Origin: Basidiobolus meristosporus CBS 931.73
Taxonomy: Eukaryota; Fungi; Basidiobolomycota
Reading direction: 5' to 3'
NCBI GenBank assembly: GCA_002104905.1
Contig: MCFE01000501.1
Span: 1,914-65,913 of the forward strand
Length of the DNA: 64,000 nt
Part shown: in pieces, positions 47,844-60,925 of the stretch
How the letters are laid out: each line of letters starts with the position of its first letter
Position numbering within the stretch: the first letter of the stretch is position 1
The notes under the pieces: generated by a model
The model's database searches: none
What the model was told of the DNA's origin: nothing
The model's input: the letters and a program-made list of their open reading frames with translations, nothing else
Position numbers and translations under genes: made by a program

Positions 47844-49236
47844 GAAGAAGAACAAAGGATCGGCCTCTACTTTGTCGGGAATGATGAAAATTGATCAAGT
47901 GTTAAAAAACAGGGGTCTCGTTAGCAGCAAGAGGTTGATAAAAATTGACTGACAGCGAGGCAAGGGGATGTAATGAGTAATTAATAATTGGTTATTAATT
48001 AAGGCTGTGAAGTGAAAATTTCACTCAACTCTCCAGCTTAAAGAAAGTGGTAGTGTTAAGATTTTGTCTGAGAATTCAAGAGGTGTGCAACTTTTATCTG
48101 ACAGGCCGAGCCTTAATAAAATCTCGAATTGATGCGAACACATGCAAATCTAAAATGATGCAAGGCCATGAATCCGCCCCAACGCTTATCTAGTTTGATA
48201 GCTATTAGCATTTACTAAAAACCAATCCACTCGACCAGCTTGGTAAAGAGAGCCGTTACATCAGACCTGCCAGACATGTGTCTGCATAGGTCAGCAAACC
48301 TGATTTGGAAATCATATATTAGCTATAGTAAACGCTCAGTGGCTGTGTATTAGATAAAATGGAAGGGTTAGCAGTCGATCTAGTTGTTTATTATGCTGTT
48401 TAATCAGACGAGATGTGGTTATTGTTGTGTTCATGCGAGTCACATCTTGGAATACGTCATAGGTTGAGCCTTGCAATTTGACAAACAGCAATCAGTTCCT
48501 TAACGCTCTCCAAGAGTGGATAGCTGCCCAAACCCCATTATCGAAGTTCTCTATCTCTTGTTGACCAGGAGCAGTACTAAAGCAGAATGTTCGGGTGATC
48601 TGTGGTGTGGCTGCCCAGTGGCAGTATCAGCTCATTACAGATGTGGCTAGTGTTGCTTGTGATGTTGAAGTGCGCTCTATTTCAGAAGACACCGCAAAAA
48701 ACCCGTAAGTATGCTTGTCATCTGACCTGCGCCTTCGCAAGCATTTTGAAGCTCATATTCGTCATCAGAGTAGAGAATTCAATGAATTACGTAGATGGAG
48801 ATGTTGCCAAAATATAGGAGTTTTGGCATGCACATCTGAATGATTGGCCAGTAGCACGAGTATGTGGAAACACGAAAGCAATAATAGTAATGAATACCAA
48901 GGCCTCACGCGATTTAAGATGGTATAGCTAGGTGAGAAGTGGCTGATGATTCAAGCTGACAACGCGACCTTTAGGACTCAATCATATCTACCCCAAGGAT
49001 TCATTAAAATAGGGGCGCTCCACAGATATCTGTCGGTAAATATAATTCCAGACGGTGACCAGGGTGAGGGGTTAAGGTGTTAGTGGCGCTTATAGATTCG
49101 TGTAATTCCACCGCACTACTATTTCAAATCACACACATCTCTTGGCCCTTATAAATCCAGCTAATCCGCACGATTCTTCCTCAATTTCCTTTACTACTTT
49201 CTTTCTCTTCATTTATTCCTTTGCCTTACCTATAAT

Positions 49237-49778
49237 ATGACCTCTGCCGTGATCTATGCTGAGCCCATTCAACACATGGTTAGCCCCTACTGCACGCCCT
49301 CGTCTCCTCATGACTAACGATTTTCTTTCAGGATGTCTTTAACTACGCATCCATTACCGGTATGACAAAGAAATACACCGAAATAGCGTATGTCGCCGAG
49401 CCTAAAGATGCTGATGACGGCGAGAAGGAGCAACCCAATCCCAAAAGACAAAAAACTGATAACGATGATCAAGAAAAAGAAGAGGAGGCTCAGGATGATG
49501 ATGCCGAAGACAACAAGGAGGAGGGGGACGGAGATGCTGAAGATGCCGGTGAGGCCGAAGAGGAGGGCGATGGCGCTGAGGAAAATGATGGTGAAGATGA
49601 TGATGCTGAGGAAGGAAATGGCGAAGAAGAAGACGAAGACGAAGAGGATGATGGGGATTATCAGGGAGAAGAGTAAGTTCTCCACACTGTTCGAAATATT
49701 CGTTTGCTAACACTGCATTTCAGAGACGAAGATGGAGAAGAGGCCGAAGGAGAGGCCGAAGAAGAGGATGAGGAATAA
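49237..49778 (+). CDS. Small, highly acidic (D/E-rich) probable nuclear protein; 3 exons
   Basis: GT-AG introns keep the frame. NLS-like PKRQK followed by a long D/E tract. Confidence 0.7.
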
Positions 49779-51336
49779 TTACCGCAATAGATCATCCTTG
49801 ATTATAGACTTTCTCCCATGAGCTCATTTGGCTCGAGATGTTCTTGACGTATGTTGCCTTCTCTTGTTCATTTTTCTTCAGATTTTGTACTCTTTCCAAG
49901 CCACTGATTTAATAAATCCACCTAACACTTCGACATGACGTGTACACTTCCGCATATCAATTTCGTGAATCATGTGGGATTCTTGACTTCTTCCAGACGT
50001 TCACCGCAGGGGTTGTTGATTCAACCTCCCTACCATTTGAGCAATGTTTAAGAAATATCCGAAAGCCAATAATCCAGCATCATGCTACCATACGGAGTCC
50101 CATCCAAAAGTGGTGTATAGCGTGGTTGTCGCGATTGTGCGCCCTCAACTCGTCAAAGAAAGCCATGGCCAAGCAATATTGATTGGTTGGGAATCATTTG
50201 ACAATGAGCCTCGTGGTATTATAGAAAAACGCGTCACGAAGATTAGTGATGGGGGTTGATCTCATTACCATTACCATTACCATTACCAAATCCCCCATCG
50301 CCCAGGCAATATATGGAAAGGATTGTCCAGCGGAAAGGGTGACAAATACAAATAATCGACCATATCGGAGCAGTGGTGTGAAGACAATGGAGCACGCCTT
50401 CCGGTTGAATGTGTGCGGGAGCTTTTTTGCTTTATATTATGAGTCACTTGTTGATTATCTTCTACGAAAAATGATGAATACCCTGTACAATCTACCTGGG
50501 AATAGAAATGCACAATCTTGTATAACTTTCCAAGTAAACTAAGCGCTTTTGTCGGTTGACTTAAAATCAACTCTTGTGCATAACTTTTTGAGTAGATAAC
50601 TTTTGGGTGAAGTAAATAATATACAGCTTTTTGCACAAATTAGCTCTTCTTCGTAGCCTCCAATCCAAACCATCTTGGATAACTTCCTAGGTAATCAAGG
50701 CACCGTGGTATAAGCTCTGAAGTGGTCCAGGTCTAAATGGCTAATTTCCACAGATTACGCAGGCACTGGACTTGTGAAAATACTCTCTAGCTCATCGACT
50801 ATTGAGGTGCAGGCCACCGAGTCTTCAATCTGGTGATGGTTCACGCAAGCAGGTAAGCAGAGTTTAGCCTAACCATTGTCAACCCATATCAATCACCCTA
50901 ACCCTGGGCTTTGCTGGCTAACAAAGCTCTTGCCATACTGATCCTTCAACCAGTAGAATCGAGTTAGTTTAGGAAAATTAAGCTTAAATTTGAAACAGCG
51001 GGTCTAAATCAGGCAGGAGAAAGTACAAGGTCGCCCTCAAGTAAATAGAATTCGCAGTCAATTGGTACCCTTAGAACGCTTGTGTTTCCAAATGAAGCAC
51101 AAGCTTTTTCATAGCGTACACAAGAACTTTCTTTCATGTAAAGAGTTGCTCAGAATGTTCGATGCAATCTGCTGGTCAGGTGATATTGCTAATTCTTGCA
51201 TCCACAGTAATCGTGTATATATATTCTCTGCATTCTACTTCTTCCATGATGAGATGTTGTACAGATTTGCCCTATCAAATTAGCACACACCACACGCTCC
51301 CCCATTACAACTTCGCACCACCACCTTGTATTTAGT

Positions 51337-52253
51337 ATGCTGAAACCTTTCTTGACAAGCCTTCTTTCGCTAACAGCGGTGTTTGGCAACAGTCTTTCAG
51401 CCCCGGAGTACGACACTCTGCTGGTTTCCGATCACGAGCTACCTTTCATGGCCAACGTTTTCATCATCTCAATTGGCACCTGTAACGGAGCCATACTAAG
51501 TGACAGATGGATTGTGGCATCAGCCAACTGCCTAACAGGGCAGATACTCGACTACGATAGCCCTATAGTCGTTTCTCCAACCTCATACTTGGTCGTTGTT
51601 GGTACCAACAGCAGGGCAGGCGAAGTGTCCCACGCAGTTCAGCGAATTGTTTTCGATCAGGAGAATGTAAGTACTCGCGGCGTGTTGAGCTGGCAACCTA
51701 TCCACTAATCTCCAGCTCTATTGCATAGGGTGGCATTGCGTTAATCGAGCTGAAGAAGCATTTGGCTTTTAATCACAACATTCAACCTATCTCCATCGGA
51801 TCTGACCCACCTACCTCTGGCATGGAGGTTTATTCTGCAGGATGGATTCCAACATTGAGAAAGGCCAAGATGAGTATCGCATCGCCAACAGGCTGCGAGA
51901 ACCACTACCCAGAACGGTTCCAAGACCAATATTTTTGTGTGAGGGGGATGCTTTGTTTACCAGAAGTTGGCGGTCCGTTGTATACTAGAGAGGGTGATGA
52001 ATATCGGCTTGTCGGACTCAAAACAAATAGCACAGTTCTACAGAAACCTGAGACAGATTGCCTTCAGACTGCTAAGGGTAATTTTACGAGCTTATTCACA
52101 CACTTGGGTCATCGCATCGAATATATCCAGCAAGTCACCGGTTTGAATAGGAATTATCTACTGGGCTATACAAAAGTGAGCCAAGCATGCACAGTCACCT
52201 ACACATCATTTAGTTTCGTACTATCCTTGGTCCTGGTACTCGTATATAGCTAG
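51337..52253 (+). CDS. Secreted trypsin-fold (S1) pseudo-protease with hydrophobic C-terminus; intron 51667-51728
   Basis: CNGAILSDRWIVASANC, GGIALIEL and CLPEVGGPL occupy the His, Asp and Ser motif positions. Confidence 0.75.
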
Positions 52254-53468
52254 CTGCTGTTGTTATGTAAATCTATTGTAAATATGCCGTATCTTTTCGT
52301 TAGCATCTTACTCAAAAGGACTTAAAGCAAGCACTTCTATCAAGCGGGAGGTTGTGTTTATAGCGGGTATGGCTTCCATGGTGCATTTGAGTTAAGAGAA
52401 AGTGTTAACCTGAGGACTGTTCCTTTTTCAAGACCCGGTGATGCGGTTGGATGTTTGTCACGGATACCAGCCAGCCTAAGAGGTGCATTTATACCTTCTT
52501 TGCTTTGGGGTTCTTGTTCCTTTTCTACAGAAAGCATAGAAGTATCCGAGTCTAGATATGCCGGGTACATAATCTCATGTTTGCTCCTTGAATTACCAGA
52601 TACATTATATCCCATTGTCCACGCAGAATGGGGAAACATCCATGATACTAAAGCCAAACCCGGAACTTTGCTATGAAATCCCTAGAGCTAGAATTCCATA
52701 ACATAAGGATATATTTGGATCATGTAACAAGTTTTTCTGGTTTATATGATGATGGTAACTACGCTGGCCTGTCCACACCGATTACTTCCTCACCCAAAAC
52801 CTCTCTTTGTGGCCTACCTTTCCGATAGTGGTAGTTCGGGCCTTGGTATGAAAAATGCAAATAGAGTCATAGTAATAAGACTTCATGTCACTGTAAGCAG
52901 ACATAACAGCTGCTATGTATTCCACTGGTGCTCGCTCAGGCAATTCGAACACTAGGCTAGCATCAACGCATTGAAAGCTACGTCTTAGGTTTGATATACA
53001 TCGCAGAGACTGTTTTGGTATAGAGTGCTTACTCACAAGGAAATGAGGCCGAAGAAGACTTTGTTTCTCTATACTCGTATATGTTGACAGAGAGTGATCG
53101 GTCTTGATTTAGGGTTAGGGACCATTTGCATTAGGTGAATTGTTTGCCGCTTCGAGGTTTGAGATATTGCGAGGGCCACATCAGAGGTTGTTTTGGTGGT
53201 CGTAATTCCTGGTTTCTTGTAGTTTACCCTTGAACTTTTCGCTGCTGGCGAGTGACAATTTAGAGTTGTGGATGAAACGAAAATCGTGTATTGCGAACTC
53301 ACATGGCTTGTAATAAATCCATGGGATTGAAATTGGTTTGATTTAGTATATGGACTGCTATACATAATAAAAGTCTAGTGATGAAGCTTATATTAGGGAA
53401 CGTAATTTTACAGAGATAGGGCCAAGTTATCTAATGAGATGTTTTCAAGAAACGAGTTGATCATGCAT

Positions 53469-54497
53469 TTAGGGATTTGTCAGAGACAACAGACATGTTT
53501 TGACAAGATGCTCCATGCGGCATGACGGGCATTTCACATAAGAGTGGCGACCTGATTGCTCCGTGATGGCCAGCGGTCTAAGGCAGCTTTTGTGAAATTG
53601 ATGTTGACAACCAATCAACGTAATGGTGTCCGTCCTGGAGCTCTCCCCACTCTGGTCCTCGACAAAAGCTACGTGACAGTGACCACACGCGATAACACTC
53701 GAATTGCTGTTTTGTCGGGACTCATGCACATGGGCCGGGAATCTTGAGTTGGGTTCTATCCTCAGGCGGCAGATTGGACACGTATCGCATTTCTTGAACC
53801 AAGGAGATATGCAGTGCTCATGAAATACGTGATGGCAAGGTGTTTCAACGATAGGATGCGCAGTTGTTAAAAAGTTCTCCTGGCATATGGCGCAGCAGGG
53901 TTGGGCCGCTAAAGAAATCAAACGTTAGGCTGAGTGGAAGTGATCGCGTAGCATTTGGCTTACCCACGAGGGGAGATTCAAGCAAAACTCTGGGTAGCTC
54001 TACAGTGAGCTTTTCGAGATTGCAGAGATCATAACGGCGCAACACAGATACCAGGTTGGAGTAGCGACTGACGAGAGACCTAGTGATCGAGTCGCTGCAG
54101 TTAGCAGAGATTAGTCTGGTAGAGGTTGGATGAGCAATGACCGGAATGAGAAAGATTGTCTGAGTAGTTAAAGACATTCCGTTATATGGAAATTGGTTAG
54201 ATGCTTGTACCACTTCCTGAGATGTTCCCGTTTTAAAGGTGGAAGGATCCAATGGCACTGCAGTTCTGGAAAACCCAATTATGTCATACCACCCGATATG
54301 GATACGTCTATGCAGAGGGGCTCTGTGATGTCATTGAATCTCGGTTCTGCGTCTTGATAAGCTTCAGAAATACTGACATCGAATTCCAGCGATCTCCTCA
54401 GAACATTAATGCATATTAGCTGATCATATTCCCGTCGTTGTCGCAAGATCCGTATTTGGTTTGATGAAGCCCGATCAGTAGGATCTTCCCGTGACAA
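53469..54497 (-). CDS. Protein with two C-terminal RING-H2-like fingers; 5' end uncertain
   Basis: CAIC...PCHHVFHEHC...CPIC and CGHC...GCQHQFHKSC...CPSC. A spliceable intron lies just upstream of the first RING. Confidence 0.65.
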
Positions 54498-56190
54498 CTG
54501 ATGTTAGGGTCGCCTTCCGCCAAACCTTCAACGCTGGTAGGCTCTTGAAAATAGCCAACGACCTCATTGTCCATGAAAAGACGCCATGGAGAACATCCCT
54601 ATCTTAATGAATATAGCGAGTATCCTTTGGCACTCACTCAAGTATATATCGCTGTCTGTGGTTTTGCCCATCAGCAATCATTATCATCCCATTTGTACAA
54701 AGCATGCTCATTCCCGTTACTGTTCGCTGGCCTGTCAATAGCGGTGATCCCACTCGGACCAATATTAAGTTTGGAGAATTGCCCTGGCGACGGTAGTTTA
54801 GCACTTGCCACATCAAGTGCGCATTGAATTTTGGTGCTTAGCAGCAATGAATCCAGGATTTAAGAGATTTTCAGAGCAGCAGGATAGACCTAAACCACAC
54901 TGTTCTAAAGCCAGCACCAACGTGTTCGAATCGTTGATGAGATGGTGCGATTTTATGCTCTTGTCTGCACTCCAAATGTATTCGTACGTATGTATTTTCA
55001 AGTGGCGCATATGCAAACTCTTGCTTAACTTTGGCTTTTTAATTTAGAATGTGATAGGCTTGAAACAGGAAAGAAGTGCAACCTGGTAAGAATTTCCAAT
55101 ACACATTATCAGAATACCATACGGTATTCACAGAAATCTATCGAGCTTGCAATTGCCATTTTGAGTATAACCCTCCGTGTTACGTGTGAATCCGCCTCTT
55201 CTGGTGCGGAATCCTCAGCAGAAATCTCGAAATTGGATATTTCTTGGATTTTTTGATAGATTTATACCTTTTCAATACGGAGTTGTGATGGTATTCCACC
55301 CCAGATAGAGTCATAAATTTCTTATTACTCATACCAAAAGCTGGTGGCTAGACTTCATGCTTTGCCCAGGAATAGTGTATACAACGGCCTATATAGTGCA
55401 TGTAGTATCGCGCTTGGATATGGACCTTAATCCTCATTTTTGAATTGATGTAGGTTCAATCCGTGTTGGGTTTTTCAGATCCACATGTACTATTCTGATG
55501 GGTTGTATCAAAAGCTTCTGATAGAGTTGAATGAGTATTTACTTACAATAAAGTTCTTTATGCTTCCCGATCCTAACAAGTTTCCATAAACGCAGTTGTT
55601 CTGATATCTTGCAACTGAATTAAAAATTTGAAACATTAACATAGTTCCCTCTATGAACAATTTTTTCGAACTAGATATCTTCCGAAAACACTCTAGCCAT
55701 GCTGCAATCCAATATAACTTTCAGAGTATGATTGCTGATCATTTGGTGCTGATATTTTCGGGGAGTCGCCAAGGACATCAAATGAATGCTGAAGAATGAA
55801 CATTATGTGAGTTTGTGTAGTATTGGAAAATCTATGTGGTATTCAGTTGTACATTAGTTAAGGCAGTCAAAGCTTGGCTATTTTTTGGAATGTTGCGGAC
55901 GTATGATATGAATACTCTACTATAAAGGGAGACTATGTACATTTTAGGGCTCAGTAGTACAAGTGGGCTCACAATGTTTAAGACGCTGTAGATTCGAAAT
56001 GAACAAAGAAAAGCGAAGGAATAACTTTTTTGGCAGAGTAACAATTAAAATACAATACACTTTCAACTCAAATTGTTGAAAGCTAAAGCAGGGTGCTTTT
56101 TGTGGTGACAAATCCAATTGTATTACATAAAAGCATAGAAATGTCAATATCAAGGGTAAAGTTTCAACATATTCCCAAGTGGTTGAATTA

Positions 56191-56689
56191 GTTGTAAAAA
56201 TTTGGAGTTCCACCTAAATATTCACATAAATTAGTCACTTAGATCAATACCAACATATCTTAGAGAATACTGACCAAATTCCTTGTTGGGATTTACTTAG
56301 AATATTTTCACCAAAATACCAGGTACCCAGAATATGAAAATTAGATATGTTGTCCAAGCAGCCCCAAACTTTGCACACATGTTCTTGGGACCTTCCCAAA
56401 CCTATTCTACATGTTTGTCATGCCTTGATCATGTAAAAGTATAAATACTACTCTTACATTCAGTAAATCATTAAGTAAAAGCCGCATAATCTACTTGTTC
56501 ACCCAATCACTTCCTATATCTCCAAGACTCTTACAGCAGGTTATGAGCCCTGAGCTGTCACTCCCTGCAATGTCTACTACTGCTATTACTGGAATTTTTC
56601 CCTCTGCTGAAAAGTTGAATGGATCTAACTAACAAGTGTGGAAAGTAGTGATGAAGATGTGGCTACAAGAAAGAGGCCTTTGGGATATT
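56191..56689 (+). mobile_element. Copia 5' LTR + PBS + start of gag, truncated by a telomere junction
   Basis: LTR matches 22896-23243. PBS GGTTATGAGCCC resembles the copia half-tRNA-iMet site GGTTATGGGCCC. gag MSTTAIT...KLNGSN*QVWKVVMKMWLQERGLWDI then breaks into TTAGGG. Confidence 0.85.
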
Positions 56690-56693
56690 AGGG

Positions 56694-57439
56694 CTAGGGG
56701 GAGACAGTCACCAACAGGGGAAATCTTTATTTCTGCTGAAACAAAGAAGCCAGTGCTATTGTTGTGGCATTGATCCAAGAGTGTGTAGCTGAGGGGAATT
56801 TGTAGGTAAGTTAATCAAGAGAAATGATGGTTCTTCAGTACTCAAGACACTGTTCAGCAGGAAGGGGGTAGCAAGTGGGATAAGGATGATTTGTGAGCAA
56901 CATTGATCATGGGAGTATGATAGGGATTGATATTCATAATGAAGGGAGTGTGTTGTTTCAGATATTGCTGCCAAAGGTCTGTCAAGTGCTCAGGCAGGCC
57001 AGCTTGGGTTTTTCTGACTGCAGAATATAATGAGCAAACTTCTTGACATCAGGATCTCCAAGTATTGTTCTCCAGCAGGAGCCAGGTGTAGTGTGGTGTG
57101 TTCTCATCCAGGCCTTGAGCAGTGGGTTGTTGCAGTGGTGAAGTCTGTGATATATTCCGGTTCTATGGTAGAGAAGTCTGATTTTATAGGGCATAAAGCC
57201 AAAAGCACCAAGAATTGCATGTCTGTAGTGGCATTCAGGCAGATGAGGCACCAAGGAGGTAATACACCAGACTGCAAACTTGTCAAGCTTAGTGCAGTCT
57301 CTAGAAGTTAGTGAGAGAAGTGGTAAGCCAAATTCCAGGACAGGGAAGACAAACTGCTTGAGTAGAAGGAGACAGCTGGGAGCTGAAGTTGTAGGAGGAG
57401 AAACAGCCAGTAGTTTGTGGAGTGCCTGTCTTGCCAGGA
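56694..57439 (-). mobile_element. Telomeric LINE copy 1 (5'-truncated, most diverged)
   Basis: Homologous to the 3' ~750 bp of copies 2 and 3, with more substitutions and a broken frame. Confidence 0.9.
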
Positions 57440-57441
57440 GG

Positions 57442-58061
57442 TTAGGGGGGATGAAAATCACCAAAGGGTGAAATCTTTATTAAATAATAAATAAAGAAGC
57501 CAAGTTTGAATATGGGAATCTGGAATGAAGAAGGCCTATAAGATAAACTTGGACTTTGCTGTTTCCCAAATATCCTCAATATCAAAGTCTAGAGAAGAAT
57601 GTAGCAAAACTGCTTATTCACTGCAATACTTCTTGAGGAAGTTTGTGACTTGAAGTGAAGGAGAGTTTTTCAATAAGCTGGTAAATCTTTTGAGGAGTTC
57701 TTTTTCAAGAGAGAATGGTACAAAGAGTGGAATGTCCAAATGATGTCTAAATATATGCTCTGAGAGCTCCCAATCCAGCATATTTTTGACTTCTTCTGTA
57801 AAATCTTCAACAATATCCTTATCAAGAATAACTTGCAGGAGATCCCTGGCAATGTACTGAATGTTATTTATCTTAGGCATATGAATACCTAGGTCCTTGA
57901 GGTAGTTTCTCTGTTCTGATATTGGGAGATAGCCTGCATTTCTGAAATTGCAAACAGCCCAATTGGCAGTGGGAGGAGTATCAGGGCTGACAGGGAGTCT
58001 GCTTCTGGCTCTAGAGTGCACTGGCTTAGGAGACTGTCTTGATGGAAGGGCAGCTTGTTTT
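57442..58061 (-). mobile_element. Telomeric partner element B: 5'-truncated ORF unrelated to the RT, carrying the shared 3' module
   Basis: The ORF is open from the junction to 57614 (...NWAVCNFRNAGYLPISEQRNYLKDLGI...). The 3' module reads ttagggggg...tcaccaaagggtgaaatctttatt...aaagaagcc on +. Confidence 0.75.
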
Positions 58062-58064
58062 GGG

Positions 58065-58116
58065 TTAGGGGAGGGAAAGTTACCAAGGTAGGTGAAATCT
58101 TTATTTGATTTCAGAC
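58065..58116 (-). mobile_element. 52-bp 3' stub of a variant element (type C)
   Basis: ttaggggagggaaagttaccaaggtaggtgaaatctttattt. Confidence 0.7.
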
Positions 58117-58122
58117 TTAGGG

Positions 58123-60925
58123 TTAGGGGGGGAGACAGTCACCAACAGGTGAAATCTTTATTTCAGTTGAAACAAAGAAGCCAGCGCTACTGTTGTAGCT
58201 TTGATACAAGAGTGTGTAGCTGAGGGGAATTTGTAGGTAAGTTAATAAGAAGTGATGATAGTTCTTCAGTGCTCAGGACACTGTTCAGTGGGAAGGGGGG
58301 TAGCAAGAGAGGTAAGAATGACTTGTGAACAACATTAATGAGGGGAATGTGATAAGGATTGATATTCATCATAAAGGGAGTGTGCTGCTGCAGATATTGC
58401 TGCCAAAGGTCTGTCAAGTACTTCAGGTAGGCCAGCTTGGGTTTTTCTGACTGCAGAATATAGTGAGCAAACTTCTTGACTTCAGGATCTCCAAGTATAG
58501 TTCTCCAGCAGGAGTCAGGTGTAGTGTGGTGTGTTCTCTTCCAGGCCTTAATCAGTGGGTTGTTGCAGTTGTGAAGTCTGAGGTATAATCTGGTTCTAAG
58601 GTAGAGAAGTCTGATCTTTTAAGGCATAAACCCAAAAGCACCAAGAATAGCATGTCTGTAGGGGCATTCAGGCAAATGAGGCACCAAGGAGGTAATGCAC
58701 CATACTGCAAACTTGTCAAGCTTAGTGCAGTCTCTAGAAGTAAGAGAGAGAAGTGGTAAGCCAAATTCCAGGACAGGGAAGACAAACTGCTTGAGTAGAA
58801 GGAGGCAGCTGGGAGCTGAAGTTGTAGGAGGAGTAACAGCCAGTAGCTTGTGGAGTGCCTGTCTTGCCAGGATAATTCTCTTCCTCAGGTGTGCTCCAGA
58901 GTCTAGTCCAGTAGGAAGGAAAGGAAAGCCATGATATGTAGCAGAAACCTGAGCAGGTAGAGTGGAGTTCTCCAAGTTGATGGGAGAGCCCAAAGGTACT
59001 GTCTTTGCAATGGAAAGCTGGAGATTATTCTTCTGCAGATACTGGTGGATGGTCTGGGAGTCATGTTGCACATTGGAGGAGGATATTCTGATGTCATCAG
59101 CAAAGAGAGTAACCAGGCAGTCAGCTGAGAATCTTGGGAAATCATTCAGGAAGATGGCAAACAGTATAGGACCAAGCACAGAGCCTTGAACTACTCCATT
59201 AGGAACTGAGAACACAGCTGATTGCTCACTTGGGTGCAGAATTCTTGCTTGTGGATCCAGAAACAGAGATCTGACAAGGAGGGTAAGAGAGGTACTGGAG
59301 AAGCATTGCAACTTGGACCAAAGCAGATTTCTGTCAACTGAATCAAAGGCCTTAGTAATATCAAACAGAACAGAGGGATACTTGCACTGGAGAGAGTGAT
59401 CTTGGCTAAGTATGACTGCATATTCCAAGGAGAGGCCAGGAACAAAGCCAAACTGTGCAGGATGAAACTTGAGGGAGTCAGAGTAGAGCTCCTGAGCAAG
59501 CAGAAGCTCAAACACCTTTCTGCAGGTGGGCAGCAGAGATATTGGCCTGTAGGAGCTAGGATCCAGGTGCTTTCCTTTACCCTTGTACAGTGGCAGAACA
59601 TTTGCAAAGGACCATTCCTCAGGAGTAGAAAGCTGGGCTGAGCATTGCTGAAACAGTGGAAGCAGAAGTGCAGACATGGCCTTGGTACTAGTCTTCAGAA
59701 GCTCATAGGAGATTGTGTCCACACCTGGAGCAGTAGAGTTGGGAAGCCTCTTGAGCACATTATGGATTCTCCTTTGATCAAGTGCAAGTGGGATGGGCAG
59801 AGTCTTCAAGTCAGGATGAAAGCCAGGAGTTGAATACTGCTTTGTAGAGAAGAAGATGTTAGCCAGCTGTTCTGTTGAAGGTAACTTCCTGGAAGAGGGC
59901 CTCATTGCCCTGTAGAGTCTTGATACTGTTCTTGTTATAGAGTTGGAAGATTGCAGAGGCAAAGAACTCATAATATGATCCCAGAGCTGAGTATGCAGAG
60001 TGTGGTGAATTGCCTTGGAGTGGTGTATTGCTGTCAGGAGGAGTTTCTCTGTTTTTGGGTTAGGGAAACTCAGGTAGCTTTGTTGCAGGGCTGAAACAAT
60101 GGATTCCCATTTTCTTGAGGTAACAGCAGTAGTCTTGCATGGCAGTGAGAGGGAGGCAGACACCAGAATCAGATGCTTCACAAAGAGCCAGGCATAGTTG
60201 AGATCATCTGGCAGAGAAAGTAGCAAACTGGCAAGCTTCAAGTAGTTCCCAAAGTCTTTCTTCTGATTCTTGGTAGCTTTGTGGGTGAGCACAGTAAGTT
60301 TTGGCAGATTCTTCTTCACAACTGGTTGCATAGAAAGGGACCAGGCTGGGTGGTCAGAGGCTCTCAAGGATCCTAGCTCAGCTCCAGAGAATTGCTTGAC
60401 TTCATTCACAAAGTAGAGGGTAGCAGCAGAAGGGCAGATCCAGTCAACACATCTTTTCTCAGATTGAGCACCTAGTGCTAGCAGATGGCTTTCTCTCAGG
60501 AAGTTCAGTAGGAATGTAGCTCTTGGCTTCATTCTTGCAGTCAGAGTAGTCTTGTTCTCAGGATGGGGAATGTTGAGATCTCCAAGCAAGATAATAGGTG
60601 TTGATATAGATTGCTGGTATTTCTGGACTTTCTGGCATATAACTTGCCTTCCTGAAGGGCAAGACTTGGAGGCAGATAGCAGAGCACCAGACTGATAGTT
60701 GGCAACTGGAGAGCAGCACAGTAAGGGGAGTAAAGAGGAACACAGAGCTGAGGAGTATTGATGGTAGAAGAGATGAAGCAGATAGAGGAGGTATTCTTTG
60801 TTCTAGGAGTAGAAAAGCAATATAGATTAGTCAAAAGTATAGAGTGTAGCTGGACATCAATCAAACACAGGAGGGAAAATCTTGAAAGAAGTCTCTCTAG
60901 AGTTGGTCTTGATGGCTGTATGCTG
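58123..60925 (-). mobile_element. Telomeric LINE copy 2: APE endonuclease + RT, 5'-truncated, with a frameshift near 60590 and a premature stop at 58619
   Basis: APE: LCYLPP, GDLN, DW, SDH. RT: PGVD, YRPISLL, FDITKAFDSV, QGSVLGP, FADD. 3' UTR about 60 nt. Confidence 0.93.

Noticed and set aside
55050-55760. Possible degraded gene on the minus strand
   Set aside because: Fragmented frames with no identifiable family.
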